A stretch of DNA of 64,000 nucleotides, taken from positions 620,001 through 684,000 of the forward strand of contig MU057724.1 in NCBI GenBank assembly GCA_013265495.1, written 5' to 3'. The position numbers were made by a program, and so were the translations under genes. Each line of letters begins with the position of its first letter. The first letter of the stretch is position 1. Origin of the DNA: Vicugna vicugna. Taxonomy: Eukaryota. The notes beneath the pieces are model-generated. The model searched no databases. It saw only the letters and a program-made list of their open reading frames with translations, and was not told the DNA's origin. Positions 37,701 through 50,240 of the stretch are shown one piece after another.

Positions 37701-40254
37701 GCCCCAGGGCCAGGCTGGGCGCACGCCCCACAGCCAGAGGAAGACGCCTCACCCCTGCGCACAGACCCCACGGCAGCGATGGACTGACCGTCTGTGCGGG
37801 CAGTGTGTGGTTGTTACAATCAGGAGGGTGTAGACAGCTCAGAATTCAGAATTAATGCCCAAACCTGCTGAAAACGTCTGAGGAAAATGAAAGAGCGTGT
37901 CGGCAGGTATTACGTGCTGGAAGGGCGTCAGGCTGAACAGGCCTGGCAGGGACCTCTGGTCTGGAGCCACGAGGCAGAGAAACTCCCCGCCTTGAAGACG
38001 TTAGAAAACGCAGGTGACCTGTATGTGTGGCCAGTAGGTCACAGTCTCCTGGTCCTAGAAGGTTCCAGAAGGAGCCTGAGTTTACAGAAGCCAGTGGGAG
38101 AGACGCAGGTGTGGCGTCGGGCGCCAGGTTGCCCTGCCGTCTCTGTGGCCTCCCCCGCGGGCCGGGTCAGTGCGGGGACGTACGTCAGTGAACCTGGAGC
38201 CCTCCGGGGCCGGGAAGCCGCCAAGACTCGAGGTGGTGTCACGTCTTCCCGAGACTCCGCGGCTGGCCCGCAGCGCTGCCTCGGGGAAGTGGCACGCCGT
38301 CTTCGACCAGAGACTTGTTTCTGGGGAGCGATGTATCTAGGGTGTAACGTGTGTGGAGAGAAACCCGCGTCGAACACGACCACGCTCACCTCAGGCTCGG
38401 TGGCCCTTCTTGCCCAGCTGGCGATGTGACTCTGAGGAGTCGGCGGCGTTTAGGGACGAGCATTACTTCGTGCTTCCCTCACTTTCCTCTCCTCTAAAAG
38501 CGAGTCCTCGAACAGACGTTACTCGGATTTTTCCAAAATGTGAATAAGTGACCTCTGGAGAAAGAGAGATTCATAGCATGGCAAGTTTTCAGGGAAAATA
38601 CTTTGTTTTTCAGAAGAGTATGCATGAAGGGAAACGAGACGAATGGAGCTGTGATGAGGATGTTTACGCAGGTTCAGCCACACCCTCGCCTCCCTGCGCC
38701 ACATCGTCACGCTGACCTGCCCTTTTGCAGGTTTTGCTTTTGGGATTTTGATCATCAGAAACCAGTCTGTGCTCACTGGCCTTTGACTTGAGGCTCTGTT
38801 TTACATCGTATTAAAAGATTAAAAAAAATCTCCTTTTTATCACCCTCTGCCTATTTCCATGGCTACATAAGACGTTTTTTAAAAAAGCACCAGCATTTCT
38901 GAGCATTGCACAGTGCTCTGCGCCGCACACCCAGGGAGCACTACGGCCGCTGTATCAGGAGGTGGCTTGAACCTTCAATGCCCTTAACACTGGCCAGTGG
39001 ATTTTAAAACCGATTAATTCACTGGAAGCCTCAGATTTTAGTTCTCAATCCTGAGCGTGTGATTTTAGTCTTTAGCCAAACCCATGTTCTCCGTTGCCTG
39101 CCCGTGAACGTCCTTGTGCAGCAGAGGGAGAGATGACAGCCTGTAAAGCTTGCGAGGGAACCGGGAATCCGGGACGACGAGGAGGGGAGGGGACGCCGGA
39201 CCAGAGGGTCAGGCCGTGAAGACGCAGAGACAGTGGGGTCCAGTTAAGAGGCAGGAATTCAGGACGAGTCCTTGGCCGCGCGGTCCCCCCACCCCCCACT
39301 CTCTCGGTGCGTGGTGTGCAGCCTGGTACAGCCGTAAACTGTGCGCTGGGGGCAGAGTCCTGGTGGGGCAGGTAGGGGATGGGAGGGAAGTCAAAGGAAG
39401 CGGCAGAGATGCAAGAAAGGGAGGGACTAGCACAAACGAGAAAGCGCACAAAGCCAGCTTCAGACGGAGCCGGCTGCCCGGGTCTCGCTGACCTTGGCAG
39501 GACTGGAGGGGTCATATTTTATGTGGACAGACCGCCCGCACTTCTCCTGTGTCTCTGGAGCCTACAAATGTTTCTCCTGGATGGGCCCTCGCTGCAGTCA
39601 TTGCATTCGCCAAAGTTTTATTGTATTAATAGGCGTTTCTTGGGGTGTTTACTGGCATACGTCTTGACGTTGTATTTTTCGTCGTTAAAGAAAAGTACGT
39701 TTTTTGTTCTGGTCTGAACTTTTGGGCTCTGATACTGAAGCTTTCCTGACGTTCCCCAACCCTGCGCTGCATTTTAGAAGCAGAGTGAGACAATCGTCGG
39801 AGTTTATGAGCCACGTGACGCCGTCCTCATCAACTGTCCTGATTAAACTTGGTGGAGCCTCGGTGCCAGTTCATCGGTGGGCTCCTGTCGGGGAGGCCGT
39901 CCGGCGGGGGCTGCGCGCATCTGCACCCGGCGGACAGTGCGGGGGTCTCGTTTCCCACTCTGACTGGGGGTTTCATTAATTTAGAAAAATGCACTCAGAT
40001 GGAGTTAAAGATAAAGCAAGGGGGTGGGGGAAGCACATTCTCTCCAGCAATCACGGGTGAGAGATGGGACCGCTTGCCAGCCTGTCGGGAACCTGGGCCC
40101 TGTCCCGCTGTGCCTCCCGGAGCCGGAGGAGCCGTCACAGAGAGGCTGCTCCCTGACCTCAGTGCGGCCTGTGCCTCCAGTAAACTGTCCAAGACGCAAC
40201 AGCTGTTTTGGGTGAGCTTGGAACTCTGCTTTTAAAATCTGTAAGATCTTTGCG

Positions 40255-40560
40255 TTAGGACGAGAATTAGGAAAGATTTGTTGAGCTGCAAGTAAGAGGA
40301 AACTCTGGCCATAAAGAAACGCACGGTCTCATGGCAGAGAAGGCCAGAAGTGAGGCCGGGTCTGGGAGGGCTGGCGCAGCGGCTCTGGGGCGTCTCGAGG
40401 ACCGGCTGTGTCTCATTCTTCCTCCACCATCTGTGGTGGCCTCGTTCTCAGGCCCTGAGAACACGATGGTTACAGCTCCTCCACGGACCACGTCCACACC
40501 CAGCCCGTGAAGGTGGGAAGTGGGCCGTTCATGGCAGAGTCTCCTTCTGAGCCTGGAACC
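40255..40560. mobile_element. MLT1J-like (ERVL-MaLR) solo LTR remnant
   Basis: ttaggaaagatttgttgagctgcaagtaagaggaaac...ggctggcgcagcggctc...cctcgttctcaggc...gatggttacagctcc follows the recalled MLT1J consensus. Confidence 0.6.
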
Positions 40561-43500
40561 CGACCACGTGGTACCAGCGATGACTGAGGAGACGGAGTGC
40601 GGCATCTCTGGGAGCCTGGTGTGGGCTGACATCACGGACCGGCACGGCCACGCTGGGAGCCAGCCTCACTGCCCCGGAAGGGGAGACTCAGAGCCGGGTT
40701 CCAGGAGGTGGAGCTCCTGGCCTAGCCGCTCCCTGATGGGGCGGGAGGTCTGAGTGGACACCAGTCTTGCCCTGGAGGCACGCCCTCTGGACGCTGCAGA
40801 GGACATCTTCCGTCTCAGTTTGCCTGCACGTGCAGACTCCGTTTCTTCCAGCTTGTGCCTCTTCCCTTTGAGGCTGCTCTTGACACAGGAATAAGACACA
40901 GAGTCCAGAAGGCCTGCCCTCCGAACCGCCTGTCTCACAGCGGACAGAGGCGAGGGTCACCGGCAACGCCAGAGCGGTGCCTCCGGGGCCAGCCAGCCGC
41001 TCCCACGGCAGGGCTGTGTCGGACTGTGCGACCTCACCACCGGTTAGGATGACTGCGCCCTGTGCAGACGCCCCCAGGCCTGGCCCTGCTGGTTTGCACG
41101 CGTACGGGTGACTTGTTTTGACGATAAGTAATGAGTGAGCACCTAGGACAAAGTGGGTGGACCCCCAGGACTGCGGCTGGAGGGCAGGCCAGGGGACCGT
41201 GCCTCTGGGGCGCAGACTCCGCATAAACCTGGCCAGGCCCCTCACAGACTCCTTCTGGGGCTGTGGGCGCTGTGCCCTTGGGAGCCCTCAGTGGCCCGGG
41301 GCGCGGCCCTCCAGCTGTGCTTGGAGCAGGGACAGGGAACGGCGGCTCGCCTGGCCACGCCTGTCGGCTGGGCACGTGCCCACAGTGGGAATTAGATACC
41401 TCCCTGACATTTTTGGGAGAAGTAAGGAACCTTCTCCCTGTCGTAAGTCCGCTTTTCCCTGCACGACCTGCTTGTACTCATGGAATTGGCCGTCCCTTCA
41501 CCAGTGGCGTGGGTTGCACCGGGTGGGACCTCTCCGGGCTGGCTGGCCCCCCTGGGGGCCCGAGGGCGAGGAACAGCAGCTCCGTAGTACCCACACTTCA
41601 TGGCCCGCGCCGCGAGGCCTCAGGTCCCCACGTGCGCCATCAACACGGCTAACGAGTTCACGGCACTGTCCGCCTGCAGCCCCGTCACTGAGAATCTTGA
41701 CGCCTCTGTCCCCGGGCTGCAGACAGGCTCCCAGTCCCCTCCCACTGCGAAACCAGTAGCTCCTCCCTTTGGTCTGAACGTGCAGAGAACGCACGTCCCG
41801 GTTCCTGTAACGGAAGGTGAGACGGGGGCCCGTTTGTGGGACTGGGGTCTGACTCCTGAGCAAGGGTCCTGACTGTGAGCCTCCCCTCCAGCCCGAAGCA
41901 CACACACTGCAGGCTAAACGGTGCACCGGAGCCCGGCGCCAGGGTGCCTGGGGGTCACAGCGGCTGACGGCGTCGCCCGTGGAGCGGGAGCGGTGGCCTC
42001 CCTCGATGGACTTCGCTCGATAACGGTGGTTTTTAAGTGGGACTAGCAAAAAGCACGTGTGGGCACTTAAACTACGGCCACACGTGGAATTAACAGCCTT
42101 CCCAGGGAAACAACAGACGCCGCAAACGTAAGGAGACGGTGTGGACGGAGCCGGAACAGGTGAGAGAAAACACACACTAATGCGGCAGTGACAACACGGG
42201 TGGCACTGGGACACGCCCACCAACGCGAACCGCTGATTCTTCCCCTAGAACAGCCCTCGCGGCTCAAGCTCATCTTCCTCAAGTTCAGCTGGAGCTGGGG
42301 GTCTGCGGGCCCAGGGGAGGAGCCGGGAGCTGTGTGGCCGGGCAGATGGGGTCCTCTGTCCGAGGCTGAGGCTGGCCCAGCTGCCCCCGGGGTGGGAGGT
42401 CCGCGCCTTCCAGATGGAGGCCCCCGCGGGAGCGGCCCCTCCCCAGGCTGGTCTTTATCGTGACGAGAACCGATAACCTGAGATCTTCCCTCTTCACAAA
42501 CTCTGAGTGCACAGATGGCCTCTCCGACGAAGGCCACAGCGACACCCACCCGCCGTCCAGGGCCCGCGTTCGGCTGCAGCCACACGGCGCTCTGGGCCCC
42601 CGGAGCCTGGGGCCGCGTCCCCATGGAGGCCTGGGGAGACCCAGGCCCTGTCCCGCGTGGCCGCAGGGCCTGCTTCTGCTCTGCTGGGTCCTTCGTGGCG
42701 ACAGAGAGACAGACGGAGGACATGCTGAGGAGACCCGTCGCTGGGGGACCAGGGCCCGCGCTGCCGGTGGGGCTGGGGTGGAGCTCTTCTGGGCACATGG
42801 GGCAGCGGTGTCCCCGCTCCTGGCCCCGCGGCCCCACACCCGGGCTCCTGCTGTGCGGTGGGGCAGGAGCGGAGGCCGGGCTGACAGTCAAGCTGATGTG
42901 TCGGTTGTTAGTATTTTGACTCATTTTGTTTTTCACTGTGTGTGTTTATTTGCTTGATTTACGTGCTCTCAGAGCCTCCTTGAGTTTGCAGTTCCCTCAC
43001 GTTCCTGGATTTCCTTCCCCGTCTCCAAGCAGGAGAAAGAGCAAAGCCCTGAAGCCAGGACACCCTCACCAGGTGGGATTCTCCGCGGCTGCAGGGGGCC
43101 TCCTGCGGGACACACCCCCCACCACCGAGCCGGGGGTCCCAGCCCAGTTCACAGGGGTCTGTGGTGGAGGAGGACTGCGCCTCCCTCGGGATGGGGGCAG
43201 GTTCTACTTGCCACTTAAAGAAAGACTGAGGACCGTTCACTGCGACTTTTATGGGAGATATCCTGTCTGTGCTGGTGGAAGTGGAAAGAGAAGCCAGAGG
43301 AAACAGGATGGAGGAGGAGGGGTGGGGGAACCTGTCCAGAGGCGCGTTTCCGCAGGGAAGCCCCTTCCCAGTCCAGCAGGTTGCTTGTTAAAGAGACAGA
43401 CAGGCGTGTGTGTGTGCACGTGTGTGCACCTGTGCCCGCGTATGTGTGTGCACAGGACACAAAGAAACGGAAGCCTTGAAGACCCTGCTTCCGGGAAACC

Positions 43501-44414
43501 TCCTCGCTCTGGCTGATGCGGAGAGAAAACAGAAAACAGCCCCGATCACCTCTCCACGGGGATTTCTAGCTCCTGGCGTCTGAGCAGTAGTCACGCACCC
43601 AGCTTTCAGCCTTTGAACCGCCTGCAGCCCTTTGTGCTGCCCTGGCTGTCAGGGCGGGAGGGAGGAATGCGGGCAGGCTGGTGCCTGCTCCGGCCTCAGG
43701 TCTGAGCAGGGAGGACCACACCAGCCGGCTCGTGCCCCGTCCTTTCCCGGTGGTGGCGGCAAGAGGTTGGACGGGTTTCTGGGTACATCTTGTTCTCCAG
43801 TCAAATGAATGGTTTCCTTTCAGCCTGGTAGGTCTGCAGCAAGTTCCCGGCACCGGCTCCATGTGAGGCTCCTTTGGCCCCGTCTGTCCTGTCCCTTTGC
43901 CTCCTGGCGGCTCTGCCTGGTCCCCGGGGCGGCGGGGGAGGGGTCTCCGCTGCATCACAGCCCCTCCCCCACACCTCCACTCCCCCAGCTCTGGTGTCCC
44001 GGGACTGTGGGTGTGCCTGGCAGGAGCTGTAGTAGATTTTGAAGTGTCCCGTGGCCGGGCCTGCAGGCAAATGGCCAGGAGATGCTATCTTTAAAACATC
44101 TGGTGTTGTCTCTGCCGTGGGGGAACTCGTGGCGGCATTTGGATAATTAAGCCTTTGCAGCAGAGCCCGGCAGAAGCACCACTGCTCCATTAAACAAACG
44201 AACTTATCATCACGCACACATTTCAAAACCCCTTTCATCCCGGAACCTGCAGTGTTTGGGAAGCTCTTCGGCTGGCGAGTTCCCTGGGTCCTGGATGGGG
44301 GCCCCCAGGGGAAGGGTCCGCGTCGGGGAGGCTCTGTGCTCACACAGCCCTCAGCCCTTCTGCGTGGCTGCACGTGGTGTGCTCCTCCCGCGAAGCTGTG
44401 GCGTCTGGGCCAGC

Positions 44415-44590
44415 GCTGTGATCTTGTCCTCAGCCACCGCCCGCGCGGACTCCGGGCTGAGCTCCGACCTCTCTGTGCCTCAGTCTGCTCACCATTAGTC
44501 ACCACCTCTGGGCTGGTTGTAAAGATCAAATGAAGACACAGATATAAAGTGATTTGCAAAGTATGGCAGTGCCACACATGTCGTAACAGT
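44415..44590 (+). mobile_element. MIR SINE remnant
   Basis: cctctctgtgcctcagt...gttgtaaagatcaaatgaagac...tataaagtgattt matches the MIR core. Confidence 0.75.
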
Positions 44591-47147
44591 TCCACGGTGC
44601 CCGGGGTCGGGCACAGACGCCGCAGAACCAGCCCTGCTGGCCGTTTGGCTCTCAGTTGGTGGCCCCTCGGTGGACACTTTTGGGAAGTGGGTTTTGTGTC
44701 CACGTGGTGGGAGCCCTGAGGAGGGGCAGCCCAGTGACTTGGGTTCAGACTCCTCAGATGAGGGGCCAGTGAGCTCTCTGCACCTGCACCGCGGATCCCC
44801 CGTGCCCTGCACGGCGCGTGCGTGTCGGGGCCGGAGTCCGAGCACGTCTGGGGCAGCATGAGCCCCGACCCCTCAAGTCCCTTCAATCTGTAATCCTGCG
44901 AATTGGTGGTCAGACAGAGATGGCATCGTGGATTCAAAGGGTGAGAAGCAAACTCCTGCGGCCGCCCTTGTGTTCAGTTTTGGTGTTTGTGGGAGTCGAG
45001 GGTGGGGGACGTGCAGTGGAAATCGTGTTCGATGTCCACCTTCGAGGGCGGCTAGTCTCTTGGTCAACTCAGAAAGGTGGATGGACTCAGAGGACGGGTC
45101 ACTGGGCGCTGACGTGAATCCCACCTGGGAGGCGCCTGGGACACCCTGTTGCTTGGCCGTGTGCTGTGCGCCCGGCAGAGCCTGTGACAGGCACGTGTGG
45201 TGACAGTCACTGCGGGGCAAGCCAGATCAACCTGAGGCGGACGGAAGTCTTCGAGGAGCGGGGGCCACGCTGCCTGTGGCTGGAAGTGGGTGGAGGCGGG
45301 TGGAGAAGAGACTGGCCCCCACTTGCAGTTTCTAGCCTGTAGAGAAGGACCCAAGTGGGCCTGGTTTTCTTTCGATCTTAGCGACCCTCGGGGCTGCTCT
45401 GACTACCCGAGGGTGCAGGCACCTTTCTGTCCCGCAGGCCCCTTGGCTTTTCAGACGCTGCCCCGGCTGCTTCTAGAAGCTTCACACAATGTAAGAGATG
45501 AGCTGACGGTCACTCACTGGCCTGGGCCCCTTGGGGAGCTTGACTCTGTAGACACATCTGGCGGGGACTCGCGCTGAAACGGGCCGAGGACAGTGATGAG
45601 GCGACGGGAGGGTGTGCCCACGTCCTCCCCTGGGGACCGGCAGAGAGGTCCCCGAGACACCAGGGAGAAGCGAGTCTGGGGCGTGAGGAGTGGGGACAGG
45701 AGCGACCCAGACAAGAAGAGGGCCCGCAGCTTGAGGAGGAGAGAAGACCGCGAGCCAAGGCAGGCTGATAATTTGGGAGAAAAGGAGGGATGCAGGCCTG
45801 AGCGGCGCGGAGGAGGGAGTGAGGGCTGAGGGGCAGAAACGGAGGCGGCCGTGCTCAGAGTTCAAGCAGTCGGGACCGAGATTCTGGAAGAGGGGGTGTC
45901 CCGTGGCGGCCAGGTCTGTGGACGGCCTCTTGCCGAGGAGGTGACATCAGGGCGGCGAGGTGGGTGTGGAAGGACCATCTTTGGGAACTCTAGGGCGGAA
46001 ACTTACCCTGGGGCGTCTAGGGGTGAGAGACCCTGCAGCCCACGAGTCTGAGAAAACGCTTCCCGCAGCCGTCACGCTGATGGGGATTGTCGCCCTCCAG
46101 GCGAGGCCCAGAGGTGAGTCACGGTCCCGCCCTGGTGACCTCGGCTGGCTCAAGGACCGCAAAGCTGAGCGGAGTCCTGGGCAGGGCTCGGGTGGAGGCG
46201 AGAGCTGGCGAGAAGGGAGACTGGACGCTGGTCGGAGCCCCGCAGCCTTTCAGAAGCAGCGGATGGCCAGAACCTTCTCGCTAGCACAGACGTGGCCCAT
46301 TTCTAAGAGCATGACAGATACCTGCTTCGAAAGGAAGCCTTTTCTTGGACGGTGTAACTTGTACCATTTAATTTCTCACCTTGTTGAGCTGCACGTTCAC
46401 TGCATTTAAAAGCTGAGATTTTGCGGCCAGCAGTGTGCTAAAAACCTGTGAGTTCTGAAGCCCTCAGAGTTAAAACTCTGCCCGGGGCCTGCAGATGGCT
46501 CGGGTCACCGTCTGGGCAGAGCCCTGCGGTCACCGACCTCTAGGGTCTCATCTGAGGAATCGGAAAACACCTGACGTTCAATTTTTAAGTCTCACCTCAG
46601 TGTTGGTTTCTTACCAGATTATCGCAGTTTGTGCAGCCTTTTCGGCCGAATAATCTTTGTTTAACTCAAACCAGACTTACTCTGCACTCCGACTGGAGTC
46701 TATTTATTTTTGTTCCATTTTGGAGATATTGCCCAGTAATGAGCTTACACTATGGGCTTCAAGTAAACGCACTGAATCAGCTCGTCTTCTCGGGGCAGAG
46801 ACATACTCATCCTGCACCCTTCCCCGGCACGCAGTGTCCCCGGGTACCTGCTTCTTGTCTCTGAGGGGCCATTTCCAGTTTTGTTTGGTGACCAGAAGGA
46901 ACAGGTCACCACTGACGCCAAGAAATGCTGGGTGGGATGAAGACACGGACCCCTGCCCCCGATCGTGGGCAGCACATTGTAGGCTGGCGGGCTGCCCGGG
47001 ACCCTGGAGAGCTGACCCAGACCCTCAGCTTCTGCCGCTGAGCACGTGGTGGGGGCCCGCCCGCTCTCTCAGGAACCAGCTTTAGCCTGAGCACACAGAC
47101 TCGCACTGGAAGAGGGTTTCCAGCAGCACAGCCTGGGTTCAGCCATT

Positions 47148-47270
47148 GACTCATTCAGCAAGTATTTATGAAGTGCAGGCCGGAGAGGACGAGGCTGAGT
47201 AAGGCAGGCGGGATCTGTGGTCCATGGATTTGCAAGGAGAACATTGAACACATAAACAGAAAACTTAAAA
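47148..47270 (-). mobile_element. L2 3' end remnant
   Basis: tcattcagcaagtatttatgaagtgc...ataaacag resembles the antisense L2 terminus (tcattcaacaaatatttattgagcac). Confidence 0.55.
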
Positions 47271-47338
47271 GCAGAGCAGCAGCTGGGTGATGGGGCTGGC
47301 CAGCCGGCCACACAGCTCTCCCAAGCCCCGTTCTCCCT

Positions 47339-47997
47339 AAAGATCCCTGGGCCCACTGTGGCCCTGGACCCCTGTCGGCCCCTGGATGAGCCAACAGGAC
47401 CTGGAGGCAGCTGGAGGCTCCGGGATGCTCGGGGAGCCACCGTGCCGAGGGAGGGACAAAGGTGGACGGAAGAGGACGCCAGTTGGAGGCCAGGAGGCCA
47501 GGGCTGAGTTGGGGCCACGGACTCCATGTCCAGCTTGGCCTCTGGAGAGGGGATCCGGGGCCCAGGCCAACCACCCCTCCCCTCCCCTCTCTGCAAGGCT
47601 CAGCCTTCCCACTGCACCCCACCTCAGGGGCTGCTGCCTGCGCCAGCGAAGCCGCCAGAACCGTGGGCCCCACCAAATTGCACCCACCCTCTGCCTCCCC
47701 CTCCCCTGGCTGTGCTCCTGCGGGTGCACAGGGCAGCCGCCCAGCTATTCAGAGAGACGCGTGGCCCTGCAGACTCGGAACATGTCCCGACTGCACCTGC
47801 AGATCCTCCCCCGGGGCCGCGGGCACTGGCTGCGCTGCACCTGCCATGGGCGCGCCTTCCTCTGGGCCACATACCTGGTGCCGGGCGTGCAGGCCCCGGC
47901 CTGCTCCACATCCTGCCCTGCCCGCGCGCGTCTGCCCCCCGCAGCCAGGCCGGGACTCTGCCCGAGGGTTTCCTACAGCGACAGGAAGACAGAGGGG
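47339..47997 (+). repeat. Local duplication, copy 1 (about 660 bp direct repeat)
   Basis: Aligns to 51645-52303 at a near-constant offset of ~4305 bp; 47726-47981 is base-for-base identical to 52031-52286. Confidence 0.97.
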
Positions 47998-49962
47998 CGC
48001 CCACCTGCTGCCTGTCCCTCCTGCTCAGCCCCCCTCGGACCTCGCCTTCACCTGGCTGTCGCTTGTCAACCCTTTTGCTTATTATGGTTTCTCAAGAAGC
48101 AGTCGTGGGGTCAAATGCGGGTGCACCAGCGAGCTTGGAAGGGGAGATGCTCATCAGGGAAGCGGGGTTTTCTGAGGTTAGATGGCTCTTCAGAGGAGAT
48201 GGCCAGCTGTCCTTTCCCATCGGAACCAGCACATAAGCTTTTTGTAAAACCAAGTGCTGTTTGCTACAGGACTTCGAACATTTTAGCAGTTTTTTCAAGC
48301 TCTAAGAGACAGGGGTGGATTTGCTCAGAGCGACCAGGAGGAGGTGAGAGAAACGGCGTAGACGGTGGGAGCAGTGTGCGGGGACAAGGGGTGCAGGCCC
48401 TCTCCCCACCCGGGCCCCCCGAACCTGCTCTGAGCTCCGCCCACTGTCTGCCTCGCTGGCCTGTATCTGACTTCCCGGTTTCCGTCAGCTGCTTCTGTGA
48501 GCTGTCACTCAGTCATGGAGCATCGGGAAGGCATCCTGTGAGTGACGGAGCACAGGCCACCGCGGCAGGGCCTCACATGCTCAGAGCTGCTCCGCCAGCG
48601 GGAGGCTGCAATCTTGCTTCTTGCTTTATTGGAATTTTTTCTTGTAGGCATCTGCATTTCCTTCAGACTCTGTTTTGTGTGGGACGGTGGGACGCTGGAC
48701 CCTGTCAGGGGATTCGCCACTGGGGCCGTCGGGGATGTGGCGGGACAGAGGGCCCGTATTCCACTCGCGAGTGTGTGTGTGGCTGGACCACCTGACGGGG
48801 CAGCGTGGGCTGGCCGGGCAGGAGGCGGCGGAGGCAGACAGGAGGCCGTGTGTCCTGGGGGAGGAGTGTGCTCGGAGGGGTTAAACCGTGCCAGGAAGGC
48901 ACAGCCAGCTGCACGTTACTGGGGCTGCCTGGCTCCCAGAGGCGCGGCCGGTGTGGGGACGTAGGGGCGGGGGACCACTGGGGCGTCTCCACGCAGGTGT
49001 CCACGTCTGTGGCTGCACGTGTGGGCAGAGCGCCTCGCCCCACACCCCCAGGGCGGCCGTCTGTCAGACCTTCCTTGCTGGGTCTTGACAAACCCTCTCT
49101 CCCGCAGTGAGGACCGCTTCCTTTAAAAAGCGTCCGTAGCTGTGGGTGAGGTGAGGCTAACGCCTGGGGAAGGTCCTGCCTGTTCTTTTTGTCACTGTTC
49201 TTCCAAGACTCCACGCCACCGAACCAAACCTCAGTTTTCACTCCTTCTGGTCAAACCTGTGACTTTGTTCGCAGACTGTGTGGTGTTGCTGATCCCCGCC
49301 GAGCTCGGCTGGTGTCCAGCGCGAGAGCGGAGCTCCCCAGGCCTCGGCATGGCTGTGGCAGGGCTCCGTCCAGCGTGGCCGCTCCAGGGCTCTGTGTCCT
49401 CAGCCGACGCTCCCGGCCCTAGGGGCCTCCGACTCTCCCTCCAGGCAGGCGGGGGGCTTGGCTCCTGGGGGACACTCTGGTCTCGGCTGGGCCTGGACGG
49501 CCCCGGACTGGTACAGGGATGCTCCACCCCAGAGCCCATCTGCGCTTGCCCGCACCGGCTTCCTGTCACTCCTGTGTCACCGGCGGGGGTGGGGGAGTCC
49601 ACACCTGAGCGTGTCACCACCTGCCCCCGGGCTCATGAAGCCTGTGCCCGGGGACGGGGTGCAGGGGCCCCTCCCTGCTCCCGGGGCCCATGCTCAGTTT
49701 CCCCCTCACGTCCACCAGAGGTGGCACCTCCGCCCACCCGAGCAGAGCCGCTTCTGCCCGACATCCTTGGGCCCGCAATCCGGCTGCGTGTGTCCTGGAG
49801 CCCCAGCTGAGCTCTGCTCCCCTTCACAGCCCAGCCCCACCCCTCTCCTGCGAGGGGACAGTGAGAGACGGCCTGTCCCCAGGCAGAAGGGGTCGCCCGG
49901 GCCAAGGACAAGGCCGCCAAGGTCAGAGGGAGAAAGCACAGCTGGTGTGAGTGTAAGTTTCT

Positions 49963-50240
49963 ATGTGCACACGTGTGTGTGTGTAACAGACATGCCTACA
50001 TGCATATGTTTACACACACATGTGCACATGTACATACACAGACACAGTGGACACAGACACAAATACACACATATACACATGGAAACATACATGCACACAT
50101 ATACACTCATACACAAACACACATAGTCACACACATAGGCACACATACACATACACAGCATATACACTTATGTACATACACACACAAGCACACACACACA
50201 CACATACACGATATGCACACACACACACATACACACCCAC
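49963..50240. repeat. Imperfect (CA/TA/TG)n alternating purine-pyrimidine tract, about 280 bp
   Basis: Directly visible (acacacatatacacatggaaacatacatgcacacat...); gives His/Thr-rich spurious ORF 49973..50656. Confidence 0.95.

Noticed and set aside
43801-44937. 378 aa minus-strand ORF, and similar 200-290 aa ORFs (e.g. 14577..15449, 42067..42936, 54412..55230)
   Set aside because: Compositionally biased, no homology recognised, this one runs through a MIR remnant, and there is no exon-like splice structure.
47386-48795. Longest ORF in the window (469 aa, + strand), partly mirrored by 51574..52320
   Set aside because: Pro/Arg/Gly/Ala/Cys-rich with no recognisable domain; other frames on both strands are also open; it crosses a duplicated block with a MIR-like remnant. 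Long stop-free runs are expected at this GC content.
49712-49728. CTCF-like sequence ccaccagaggtggcac (and similar near 50815)
   Set aside because: Mismatches at core positions; partial matches are frequent in GC-rich DNA.
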